NCBI GenBank assembly: GCA_963705705.1
Contig: CAVPKK010000007.1
Location: forward strand, 64,001 to 128,000
Source: an uncultured bacterium
GTDB taxonomy: Bacteria > Babelota > Babeliae > Babelales > JABCYS01
Direction of reading: 5' to 3'
Length of the DNA stretch: 64,000 bases
In this document: positions 30,363 to 39,614 of the stretch, piece by piece
How the letters are laid out: each line of letters starts with the position of its first letter
How positions within the stretch are numbered: position 1 is the stretch's first letter
Translations under genes and position numbers: made by a program
Notes under the pieces: model-generated
What the model was told of the DNA's origin: nothing
Database searches by the model: none
The model's input: only the letters and a program-made list of their open reading frames with translations

Positions 30363-31445
30363 TCAATGACTGCGCCTGGTTGTTTCAATACTTTGCAATT
30401 TTGGCTTTTGAGAATCGCTCGGAGAAGATTTTTCATGTTCGAGCATTTCGCTCAATCTGCCTACAGCAATTTTTGATTCTCGATGAAGTCGAGCTTGGCG
30501 CGAACCAGGAATAAAAATCTTTTCTACTTTTTCTCCAAATTTTGTACCTGCAATAGGAGGTTTGGGTATTTGTTCGGGCACCGGCTTAGAATTTGTTATT
30601 TTTTTACCAGGGGTCGATAATTTTTGATGTAATCTTTTTAATTCATTTATGCGCTGTGCTTGCCGATGTTCAGCAAGTGGTTCCTGAACAGTTTTCATTT
30701 TATGTTCACTAAAATTTAGAAGTTCTTTATGCAAACTTTGCAATTTGGCAATCTCTTGAGGAGAGTATGTTCTTTTTGCAAGAATCGTATTTATTTTTTC
30801 ATTCGTGAGTTCCCGATTAGTCTCGATCCTTTCTCCGTTTTCGATTGCTTTTGCTTTTTGCAGGCTTGGCGGTAATTCTCGTAATTGTTCTAATGCTTTT
30901 CGATAGGCCTTTTCATGAGCCGCATTATGCGCATTAATTTCAGATCTCAAATCAGCAGCTTGTTTTTCGGTTTTTGCTGAAACACTTGGTTCGCTTTCCG
31001 CCCCGCGTCGTTGTCTAACTGGTTGCCCTCCTAATTCAATAGCACCTTGGGCAACAGAGCTCGGTGATTGCGGCCTGCTTTGTAAAGGCGAAAGGCGTGC
31101 TGTTGGCGATGGCGAGCCACTTGAAGTGGGGCTTGGTGTTGGTGCTGTATGAAATGTTTCGGCAGATTGGCCGGGAATTGGTTCTGTTATGGATCTTCTT
31201 AGAGCTGGACCGACTTTTGGCGTACGATGAAATTCTACATGTTTTGAAGCATAAGGATTTTCCTGCATGCCTCGACTTGGTTCGCCGACGCCTGTTCTAT
31301 GTACACTTTGTCGCTGTCGCGTTTCTTCTTCCTGATTTCTTTGTTGGCGTCGCGCCAACTGCTCTACTTCTTCGACCTCACCCATAGCAAACATATTTTG
31401 AATGGATAAACCCATAAGTAATAAGCCGATATACGATTTCTTCAT
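30363..31445 (-). CDS. MGE/LGE-family secreted protein 8 with coiled-coil C-half
   Basis: MKKSYIGLL..NMFA-MGE...NPYASKHVEFHR...RRSITEP...HTAPTPSP. Confidence 0.85.
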   Translation of the reverse strand: MKKSYIGLLLMGLSIQNMFAMGEVEEVEQLARRQQRNQEEETRQRQSVHRTGVGEPSRGMQENPYASKHVEFHRTPKVGPALRRSITEPIPGQSAETFHTAPTPSPTSSGSPSPTARLSPLQSRPQSPSSVAQGAIELGGQPVRQRRGAESEPSVSAKTEKQAADLRSEINAHNAAHEKAYRKALEQLRELPPSLQKAKAIENGERIETNRELTNEKINTILAKRTYSPQEIAKLQSLHKELLNFSEHKMKTVQEPLAEHRQAQRINELKRLHQKLSTPGKKITNSKPVPEQIPKPPIAGTKFGEKVEKIFIPGSRQARLHRESKIAVGRLSEMLEHEKSSPSDSQKPKLQSIETTRRSH

Positions 31446-31520
31446 GACTTTCCTTTTTATGGAGTAATGTCCTTTTTTCATGCCCAACTTAAATTTGGGC
31501 GAACATAATTTGTAAGAGTT

Positions 31521-32036
31521 TTATCGTTTGGTAGCAGAAGCCAAACCTCGCTGTTCAACATTTTCTCCGGCAACATTACTGATTGCTTTACCCATTTCAC
31601 TTTCGCGACTGAGTTCCCCACCTCCCCATCGTGCAGTACTTCTTCTAAAACCAGGAGGGTTTGGCGGCACTAAATTCTCAGTTGAAGGAGATCCTAATGG
31701 CCTGCCACCGACTTTAATTATTTTTGGTGAGCCCTGTACACTTATAGCCCCAGCCCGAGGGCGTCCTTGCTCAAAAAATTCTGAATGACCCTGGATCCCG
31801 CTTTCAACTGATATCGGCTTCTGACGGTGATAAACTACTGTATGATAAGGATTAAGTGCCAAACCACCGCTCGGTTGACTTGATTCTTTTTTCATCTGAC
31901 CTAAACGTGCCGATTCTTCTTGATCTCTGTGTTGTCGACGAGTCAACTGCTCTGCTTCTTGGACCTCGCCCATAGCCGATATATTTGGGGCAAATAGGCT
32001 CGCAACAAAAAAAATACTAATAATTCTTTTCTTCAT
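31521..32036 (-). CDS. MGE/LGE-family secreted protein 9
   Basis: ..NISA-MGE...NPYHTVVYHR...RPRAGAIS. Confidence 0.85.
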   Translation of the reverse strand: MKKRIISIFFVASLFAPNISAMGEVQEAEQLTRRQHRDQEESARLGQMKKESSQPSGGLALNPYHTVVYHRQKPISVESGIQGHSEFFEQGRPRAGAISVQGSPKIIKVGGRPLGSPSTENLVPPNPPGFRRSTARWGGGELSRESEMGKAISNVAGENVEQRGLASATKR

Positions 32037-32066
32037 AATACGTTCTCTCTTTTATTCGTTACATTT

Positions 32067-32819
32067 TCACTGATGCGGATGCTGCGGCCCAGTTTTTACG
32101 CCGGTTTCGCGAAGGATTCTTTCCCGACGAGCCACAGCTGGCGCTTGTATATGAGGATTTCCAGTACCAGCAGTACCTTCTTTCTTTACAATATTGGGAA
32201 GAGGTTCCATCACACGGTGTTTCACAAGAGGTTTTGGTGCATTTTCTAACTTCGAAGCGCCAGCGGCAACATTTCTGCTTGCACGCACTTCTGTAGGAGT
32301 ACCGTGTACTAACACTGCGCTCGTTACACTAGGTTTTACAGGAGTTGGTCGCTGAGTTACAACACCGGCGCGTTCTCGGCCTGGTCCTTCATATATAGCG
32401 TGAGGTGTAGTTATCGGTTCTTCAAGAGCTGGTAGCGGCGTTAATGGGCTCGCCGGTCTTGGCGATGCCAATGGTGTACCACTTGGAGATGTAACTGGCG
32501 TTGCTTCAATATGCATGTTTGGTTGGCCAGGAACCGGTTCGCTCACAGATCTTATTGGCATAGGAGCTTCGCCTCGCCCAATTGAGGTACGATGAAATAC
32601 AACTTTTTTCGATTCAAAAGGATTTCGCTCACTCACTTCACTACGAGGCTGTTGTGTAAGACCTTCTCTTTGAACTGCTCGGCTCTCTTCACTTTCTTCA
32701 TGCCTCGGCCGCGTTTGCCGCCTTTCCAGTTGCGGCACTTCTGCTACTTCACCCAAAGACAAGATATTTTGTGCAGACATGCCTAAAATAATCAGTAAAC
32801 CATTATATCTATTCTTCAT
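32067..32819 (-). CDS. MGE/LGE-family secreted protein 10
   Basis: MKNRYNGLL..NILS-LGE...NPFESKKVVFHR...RSVSEP. Confidence 0.85.
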   Translation of the reverse strand: MKNRYNGLLIILGMSAQNILSLGEVAEVPQLERRQTRPRHEESEESRAVQREGLTQQPRSEVSERNPFESKKVVFHRTSIGRGEAPMPIRSVSEPVPGQPNMHIEATPVTSPSGTPLASPRPASPLTPLPALEEPITTPHAIYEGPGRERAGVVTQRPTPVKPSVTSAVLVHGTPTEVRASRNVAAGASKLENAPKPLVKHRVMEPLPNIVKKEGTAGTGNPHIQAPAVARRERILRETGVKTGPQHPHQ

Positions 32820-33040
32820 TGTCTTCCTTTTATACTCACTCAGGCCCAAAACTCAGGCCGAATTCCATTTACTTCATTCATACAATAACAGGTCAGAATT
32901 ATAAAAAGCAACGATATTTACCTCATTAAACAACTCTTTTTCATAATAAATTAATACGTAAGGCCTCTACCAAAACTGTTGCAAAACAACAGCTCATCTC
33001 ATTAATCTGGTAATAAATACAAACACGTGAAGCACTTAGG

Positions 33041-35914
33041 ATGAAAATGAAAGCCGCGATAAAAATATTTTTGGTATCAGCTCTTATATTAATTACGCCA
33101 TCAAGCAGCAAAGCTAATTTTTTGGATGATATGGAGAATTTGGGCAAGGAGATGGTTAACCCCGAAACGTATACGACTTTCGGACAAGGAACACAAACTA
33201 TAGGCAAGGGGATAGAAGAACAGGCGGTAAGTACGTATGAGACAACCAAAGAAACTCTTAAAAAATTTGGTGTGTGGGTAGAAGGTGCCCCTGATTGGTT
33301 TAAAGGAGCAGTAGGTTGCGCCGGCAATTTAGATTGTATACGTGATTGGGCCGCCCAGGGAATAGATCAAATTCAGAAACACGGGTTAGAACTTCTCACA
33401 GGTGCAGCTGAACAAGGTTTAATTGGCGCGGCCTCAGGTCTTCTTCAAGGTGGCCTTCCGGGCGTGATTGCAGGGTTTGGAAAAGGAGCGATAGCAGGCA
33501 TTACCATGGAAGAAATAGAGATTAATAAAGAAAAAATTCAAAAAGCTTTGGGCAGTGCCGGTCTTCAAGTCTTAAATGCGGCAATGCCCGCATTAGTTGA
33601 AGCTGCTGCGAGCAAGAGAAGCTTATTAAAGGCAGCAGTTGAGGGAGGAGTCTTCGGCTTGGGACAATATGAAACGCAGTTTGTTCCGAATGTAAATTTA
33701 CCAGGCGGAATTAACACACAGCAACTTGTCGTGGGCACGATGATGGGTGGCCTGATCGGCGGTCTTGCGGGAAGAGAAGGAGCGCTTGGGCGTGCCGCTA
33801 AAGGAATGGTACTTGGTACACTTGCAAGCGCTGGAGGCCAAGCGCTAACGAACCTAGCTCCACAAGGATCAGACGCTTCTCAATTTGCCAATCAAATCAC
33901 CCAGTTTGCAGGAAATTTTGCAATCGAAGCGTTAACTAAAGGACGTGGGAATGCACCGGTTGCAGAATTAGAAAAAAATCCAATAAACAGACTGACTCGA
34001 AGACAGCAAGAAGAGCTTGCAGCGGTGACAAGAAAAGCTCCTATTACCCGATCCGAATTACCAATTCATCCTGAACTTCAGGCTCAGTATGAGGAGGAAT
34101 TAGCTGCCAAACAAAAAGAAAAACCTGTCACTCGCGTAGCCAGCAAAAAAACCAAAGTTTCTCCGGTCGCAGAATTGGCCAAAAACACTGTAAAAGGAAT
34201 GGTAATTGGAGGTGCTATAGGAGCCGGTTTCCAAGGCCTGGAAATGACACGCCCAACACCAGAACCAAAAATTGATGATAGTGCTGTTGTCGATGCTGTA
34301 AATCAAACAGATTGGTCGCCGGTACCGGCTCTCATTTCTCCGGATACGATCGCGGCTGCTAATGCACTAGGCTATGATATTGATCCGGTGACAGGTGCAG
34401 TTACTTATAAACAAAATGCTATCGATGCAGCCGCAAATCAGGGATATGATATGACCCCTCAAGGAGATGTCACGTTAGATCCAGATTATATAACATCTGC
34501 ACAACAGCAACTTACGCAACAAATGGGCCATCCTGTTACACTTTCTCCTGAAGTAATTTATTTAGCTCAACTTCAGATCAGTGATATGATGCACAATCAA
34601 ATAGTGCTTTTTACAGATCGCAGTCCCAAAATTTTGGCACAGCAATCTGCATACGCCAAAGCAATACGAGATGAGGTGAAACGAGAGTGGCAGGAATATA
34701 GGGAAGAAGGTCTTATAGAGCAAAAAAAATATGAGGCTGAACAGGAAAAACTAAAAGAAGAAGCCGCTGCGCGAGAAGCAAAAGAAACTGCACAACGGAA
34801 TGCTGAATGGTTTAAAAAAGTTGCTGAACAAAAAATGGCTGCCGAAAAACAAAATGAAGAAAATCAAAAATTAAATGCTGAGATCGATGAAGAAAACAAA
34901 CGAATAGCAGAAAAAAATTTGGAAGATACCTATCAAATCGCTAAAAAAGCTGCCGAGCAGCGTGCTCATTTAGATAGATGGGGGCGTAAAATCTACGACC
35001 AATCGGATTCGAATTATAATGCCAAGCTTAAAGAACTTATGCTTGCAGTAAACATGGCTTTTATGGGGAAAGTAAAAGAGCTGCCATTGCCAAAACCAGT
35101 TCAGGATGCATTTAAAACAAGAGCAAAAGCAGATGTACAAACATCACATGGCCAACTACTTATAGATCTTGCTCATAAAACGCCAAAGATAATGCAAGAG
35201 GCTAAAGCTAAACAAAAGCAGAAAATTCCACTTACTCAAGTGCAAGAAAAGAAAAGAAATACTATACAAAAATCAATACAAGCGGCAGCAGCGAAAATTA
35301 ATCTTGGAACCTTGAAACCATCTCCATTCATTACACCTCAGCCAATCAAGCAGGTTGCAAAACCGATTGTAACAAGAAAGAAGTTAACGCCGACACCGGT
35401 AGTGAAGCCTCCAGTTCCGACACCATCACCTGCGCCGATAGTAGAAACGGTTCATACTTTAGTTCCTACGCCAAAACCTATTGCAGAAACAAAGATTGAA
35501 AAACAAGCGATGAAGCCTCCTGCACCTTCGCCAAAGCCAGTAATAAAACCTGCTCCTGTACCGACGCCTATACCGGTCTCAGTATCGAAAGTTGAAAAGC
35601 CAAAACCAATACATGAAACTACCGGCCACGTCACGGCAGCTGAGCATAAAGAATTACAAGCGCAACGAGAAGCTCAAATGAAGCGGCCGGTTAATACTTT
35701 GCCGGTAGTAATACTCGGAGAAAACAAGAATATAAAACGAGCTACTGCTAAGCCAATGCCAAAACGCGCGGCAAAAACCCAAGCAAAGGCTCGAGCTGCA
35801 ACATCAGTGACTCCTCATCCTCAACCAAGGCAAGTTGCAAGGCCTGTTGTTACGCATGCGCTTATGATTCATGAAGCACCAAAATCGCATCCGGAATCGT
35901 CAGAGCATCAATAA
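33041..35914 (+). CDS. Large secreted protein: glycine-zipper hydrophobic segments, coiled coil, Pro/Lys-rich tail
   Basis: Signal ending SKA; GLIGAASGLLQGGLPGVIAG, GTMMGGLIGGLAG, GMVIGGAIGAG; E/K/Q-rich helix; PKP tail. Confidence 0.85.
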   Translation: MKMKAAIKIFLVSALILITPSSSKANFLDDMENLGKEMVNPETYTTFGQGTQTIGKGIEEQAVSTYETTKETLKKFGVWVEGAPDWFKGAVGCAGNLDCIRDWAAQGIDQIQKHGLELLTGAAEQGLIGAASGLLQGGLPGVIAGFGKGAIAGITMEEIEINKEKIQKALGSAGLQVLNAAMPALVEAAASKRSLLKAAVEGGVFGLGQYETQFVPNVNLPGGINTQQLVVGTMMGGLIGGLAGREGALGRAAKGMVLGTLASAGGQALTNLAPQGSDASQFANQITQFAGNFAIEALTKGRGNAPVAELEKNPINRLTRRQQEELAAVTRKAPITRSELPIHPELQAQYEEELAAKQKEKPVTRVASKKTKVSPVAELAKNTVKGMVIGGAIGAGFQGLEMTRPTPEPKIDDSAVVDAVNQTDWSPVPALISPDTIAAANALGYDIDPVTGAVTYKQNAIDAAANQGYDMTPQGDVTLDPDYITSAQQQLTQQMGHPVTLSPEVIYLAQLQISDMMHNQIVLFTDRSPKILAQQSAYAKAIRDEVKREWQEYREEGLIEQKKYEAEQEKLKEEAAAREAKETAQRNAEWFKKVAEQKMAAEKQNEENQKLNAEIDEENKRIAEKNLEDTYQIAKKAAEQRAHLDRWGRKIYDQSDSNYNAKLKELMLAVNMAFMGKVKELPLPKPVQDAFKTRAKADVQTSHGQLLIDLAHKTPKIMQEAKAKQKQKIPLTQVQEKKRNTIQKSIQAAAAKINLGTLKPSPFITPQPIKQVAKPIVTRKKLTPTPVVKPPVPTPSPAPIVETVHTLVPTPKPIAETKIEKQAMKPPAPSPKPVIKPAPVPTPIPVSVSKVEKPKPIHETTGHVTAAEHKELQAQREAQMKRPVNTLPVVILGENKNIKRATAKPMPKRAAKTQAKARAATSVTPHPQPRQVARPVVTHALMIHEAPKSHPESSEHQ

Positions 35915-35955
35915 TTAAAGATTTAGGGATGCCGATATTTATTAGAAAGAGCGAG

Positions 35956-37029
35956 ATGAAGAATCAATATATTATATTTGTTGCATGTATAACTGCGCAA
36001 ACTATGCTGGCTATGGGAGAACTAGAAGAAGTTCAACAATTTCAGCATCATCAACGGGAAGAGCCGCAACATGGTACTCAAAATGAAGAAGGTTTTCAAA
36101 GAACTTACAGGGCACAGACTGGCGAACAAGTTGGCCCAGCAAATCCTTACGCATCAAAAAAAGTTGTATATCACAGGAGAACTCCAGCTCGGACTGAATT
36201 TATAAATATTCCAACGCCAGTTAGTTCCACGAAACCATTAGGGCAACTTGAAGCTCCAGCAACTAATTTAAGACCGAGGCTGCAATCAGAAGCAACATTA
36301 AAAGTTCCATCTTCGGATATAATGAGAAGAGGTAGCGTGGGAGGAAATATTGAAAAACTATCAGGTGTTGCCACTACAGCTTCAGGCGCAACAGCATTGC
36401 AAAAGCCAGGTATTACCCCAAAACCAGAAATTGCGGTATTAATTCCTGGTCGTGAACCTGATATACAAACGAAAATTCGCCGACGCTTGAGCAGTCTCAA
36501 TGAAGAGGTTGCCTCAAAAAAATCAGTTATTGAAAGTACGAACAAACAGATTATTGAAAATACGAACAAAAAAATTAGCGAAAGTACGAACAAAAAAATA
36601 CCACCAGAAGAGTTGACGAAAGCTGCCAAGACTATGGAAGAATTTAAAAAAGCAGAGGGGAAATTTCAGAGTAAACTGAGCGATTTAAAATCAGATATGG
36701 AAAAAGCTGGGCTTCATTCAATTCAAGAGCTACCGCCAAAGCAACAAAGCAAGCTGCAAAAACTGGAAACTCAACATCAACAATTAGTGAGTAAGCATCA
36801 AGAAACGCAATTGAATACAATAAACAAACTTTCGCAGCTGATTCCACCACATGAACCACCAGCATCTCATCATCCTCCTATGCGAAAATCCACGACCGGA
36901 GCACTCGCTGTGCCGGGAGAGCATTCAAGCTTTAGTGGTTCTCGAAGAGCCAGTACAGGTGCAATGATGATGAAACCTCACAATCCTTCTGCTCATCCTA
37001 ACCCTCTCCATCCCCAATTCATTAAATAG
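35956..37029 (+). CDS. MGE/LGE-family secreted protein 11 (inverted orientation)
   Basis: MKNQYII..TMLA-MGE...NPYASKKVVYHR; ESTNKKI-type repeat three times. Confidence 0.85.
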   Translation: MKNQYIIFVACITAQTMLAMGELEEVQQFQHHQREEPQHGTQNEEGFQRTYRAQTGEQVGPANPYASKKVVYHRRTPARTEFINIPTPVSSTKPLGQLEAPATNLRPRLQSEATLKVPSSDIMRRGSVGGNIEKLSGVATTASGATALQKPGITPKPEIAVLIPGREPDIQTKIRRRLSSLNEEVASKKSVIESTNKQIIENTNKKISESTNKKIPPEELTKAAKTMEEFKKAEGKFQSKLSDLKSDMEKAGLHSIQELPPKQQSKLQKLETQHQQLVSKHQETQLNTINKLSQLIPPHEPPASHHPPMRKSTTGALAVPGEHSSFSGSRRASTGAMMMKPHNPSAHPNPLHPQFIK

Positions 37030-37235
37030 CGTTAGCCAAATTAGGCAGAAGATAATGCAGTTATTTATTGAAAGATCTGAAATTAGGCAAATATGCCCAC
37101 GATTTATGGCAATGGAATGCCACTTAATGACGGACGTGCCTTTATCTCGATGGAAGGTTAGTGGGGCCAAGAATTGGTTCATGACCCCCAAAAACTGAAT
37201 TGAATTCCATTTATTCGTCTGTTTAAAAAAAACAG

Positions 37236-37832
37236 CTATTTTGGAGCTGATGGAGTTCTTTCCCTTTGAAAATTTTTCGGTTGATGGACCCAATTAGAAA
37301 GTTCAGTTTCAGAAAAGCGACGCCTTATATTTTTTTTAGGAGCTCGTTCTGGATTCTGTGTAACATGCTGAAGTATTCTCTCATTAGTTACTGCAGGATG
37401 TTGAGATCTAAATTCTTTCGCCCACTTTGCAAGATCCCCCCATGCTGGAGATGTCTTTTTTCCTGACATTTTTAAATTAACGAAGGTCCGCCATTTCTTT
37501 TGGTCCTCAATTATTTGTTTATTTCGTTCCAAACCAATTTTTTCGGGAATCGTTGAAACAGCTCCTGCTCGGGGCCGAGTATCAATATGTTCCAATTCTT
37601 CGGTTGTTAGAAGGGCTTGCTTAGTTGGGGCCTCTCGATGATATACAATCTTATTGAGGTGACGAGGTTGTGTTGCGATGCCACTTGCAACTGGGCTTTG
37701 CGACGTTGCTTCATTATATGGGGACCGCCGCAACTCAGCTTCTTCCCCTACGACAGCCGATTCTCCCAAAGCAAATATATTTTGTGCAAACATGCCTATA
37801 ATAAGCAGTAAACCACTATATCTTTTTTTCAT
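37236..37832 (-). CDS. MGE/LGE-family secreted protein 12
   Basis: MKKRYSGLL..NIFA-LGE...NKIVYHR...RPRAGAVS. Confidence 0.85.
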   Translation of the reverse strand: MKKRYSGLLLIIGMFAQNIFALGESAVVGEEAELRRSPYNEATSQSPVASGIATQPRHLNKIVYHREAPTKQALLTTEELEHIDTRPRAGAVSTIPEKIGLERNKQIIEDQKKWRTFVNLKMSGKKTSPAWGDLAKWAKEFRSQHPAVTNERILQHVTQNPERAPKKNIRRRFSETELSNWVHQPKNFQRERTPSAPK

Positions 37833-38138
37833 TATCTTCCTTTATTGTTTATGGCTCCAAAACTTGGGCCAAATTTCATTTACTACATGTCCACAATAAC
37901 AGGCTAGAGTTATAAAAAGCAAGAGTATTTGAATTATCTAATCACTCTTTTTCATAATAAATTAAGCGACCCTCCTAATCACAACCCATTCCGTACCCAA
38001 TCCATCAAATAGAGATAGCCAACGGAAATGAATTTGTTATTGAAAGGGTCTGAAATAGGCAAAGCTGCCTATGGATTCTTTGTATTTTTTTCTGAGCTAA
38101 CCAGACGTCGGCAGCTATAAAGATAGGATCATTAGAAA

Positions 38139-38215
38139 TGGCGGGGCTGGCGAGACTCGAACTCGTGACCTTTCGCGTGACAGGCGAACGCTCTAACCAA
38201 CTGAGCTACAGCCCC
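38139..38215 (-). tRNA. tRNA-Asp (GTC)
   Basis: ggggctgtagctcagttggttagagc...ctGTCac...gttcgagtc...gccccgCCA cloverleaf. Confidence 0.96.
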
Positions 38216-38219
38216 TAAA

Positions 38220-38294
38220 TGGCTCCCCGGGCAGGGATCGAACCTGCGACCTAACGATTAACAGTCGTTTGCTCTGCCGCTGAGCTACCGAGGA
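38220..38294 (-). tRNA. tRNA-Asn (GTT)
   Basis: tcctcggtagctcagcggcagagc...ctGTTaa...ggttcgatcc...ggggagCCA. Confidence 0.96.
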
Positions 38295-38315
38295 ATAATA
38301 TATCAAAAAATTTTA

Positions 38316-38390
38316 TGGTGGGCGATACAGGGCTCGAACCTGTGACCCCCAGTTTGTAAGACTGATGCTCTACCGCTGAGCTAATCGCCC
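38316..38390 (-). tRNA. tRNA-Val (TAC)
   Basis: gggcgattagctcagcggtagagc...ctTACaa...ggttcgagcc...tcgcccaCCA. Confidence 0.96.
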
Positions 38391-38596
38391 ATATATTCTT
38401 CTAAAAAGAGGCCTAAAAGGTACTCAAAATGCTTGGCAAAGTCAAAGGCGACTTTGAAAAGCCCGAATTGCTCGCCCAGCATCTACAACTACGGATTTAT
38501 CGTTCGATCAAAATGATAGCTTGGCTGATTTTAACAGCCTCAAGAAACTTGCGTTCCGGTCCTTTCTTTCATACTATGCCAATAAATAAAAAAAAC

Positions 38597-38648
38597 CCGT
38601 TCGTCCTGAGTGTTTTGCGCAGCAAAATGTATCGAAGGATGCGAACGG
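38597..38648 (+). repeat. REP-like element, long-loop variant
   Basis: ccgttcgtcctgag-tgttttgcgcagcaaaatgta-tcgaaggatgcgaacgg. Confidence 0.85.
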
Positions 38649-38681
38649 CGGCCTTAATTCCTCAGCATTTCCGGAGAGCTC

Positions 38682-39614
38682 ATGACCCACCAAAAGACCA
38701 CCCTTTCAGACATTTTGCGCAATGTTTTCTATATCTTTTTAATCATTGCTATTGCCCCGCCCATCGTCCAACAGATATGGGGCTCATTTACGCGCGTGGC
38801 CGAAACCCGGACTAAAGTCGCCTGGGTCGAAATCGATGATTTAGTAGAAGATTCAGGGCCCTATGTGAGCCAGCTCAAAAAATATTTTGGCGATAAAGAA
38901 ATCAAAGCAATTTTACTTAAAATGGAGTCTCCAGGAGCGGTGGCGGGTTCTGCCCAAGCGTTATTTAATGAAATTATGCACTTCAAAAAGGAACATCCAA
39001 AACCGGTGATTACCCTAGTAGAAAATACCTGTGCAAGTGGCGGCTATTGGATAGCGTGCTCAGCAGATCACATTATTGCTTCATCAGTGGCTAAGATTGG
39101 TAGTATCGGTGTGGTAATTCGGGCATTCACCGTAAAAGATTTGCTTGACCAATATAAGATTCATTACACGCCAGTTACCGCAGGCGCCTATAAAACTGCC
39201 GGCGATCCATTTACCACGATGACCGAAGCGCAAAAGAAGATGTTGGATGAAATGACACATCAAACATATGAGCAGTTTACGGCTTCAATCGCAAGTCGCC
39301 GACCGAAATTATCTCTTAAGGATTTAAACACCTGGGCCGATGGCAAAATTTTTATCGGGGCTGAAGCATTAAAGCTTGGTCTGATTGATGAGTTAGGTTC
39401 AATTTCTACTGCCGAGGCGTGGCTGCGCAAACATGCATCGATCGAAGGAAAAATTGAATGGGTAAGAATGGAAGGCCCATCGCTTTGGGAACGATTCACG
39501 GGCAAAGCACACAGCTATTATTCTTCCGATACCTCGATGAATGAAGCCATGGTTGAAAAAATAGCTTCAAAAATAATGACGCAGCTTTCTGCTCACGGTT
39601 TCATGTTTGTTTAA
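38682..39614 (+). CDS. sppA: Signal peptide peptidase SppA (S49)
   Basis: KAILLKMESPG, ASGGYWIA, GSIGV, YKTAG, ALKLGLIDELG. Confidence 0.93.
   Translation: MTHQKTTLSDILRNVFYIFLIIAIAPPIVQQIWGSFTRVAETRTKVAWVEIDDLVEDSGPYVSQLKKYFGDKEIKAILLKMESPGAVAGSAQALFNEIMHFKKEHPKPVITLVENTCASGGYWIACSADHIIASSVAKIGSIGVVIRAFTVKDLLDQYKIHYTPVTAGAYKTAGDPFTTMTEAQKKMLDEMTHQTYEQFTASIASRRPKLSLKDLNTWADGKIFIGAEALKLGLIDELGSISTAEAWLRKHASIEGKIEWVRMEGPSLWERFTGKAHSYYSSDTSMNEAMVEKIASKIMTQLSAHGFMFV

Noticed and set aside
24461..37832. CRISPR array or diversity-generating retroelement explaining the array
   Set aside because: No regular repeat-spacer DNA, cas genes, reverse transcriptase or adenine-specific TR/VR pair seen
38429..38815. 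128-aa ORF
   Set aside because: Spans the tRNA/sppA promoter region and a repeat, and overlaps sppA out of frame
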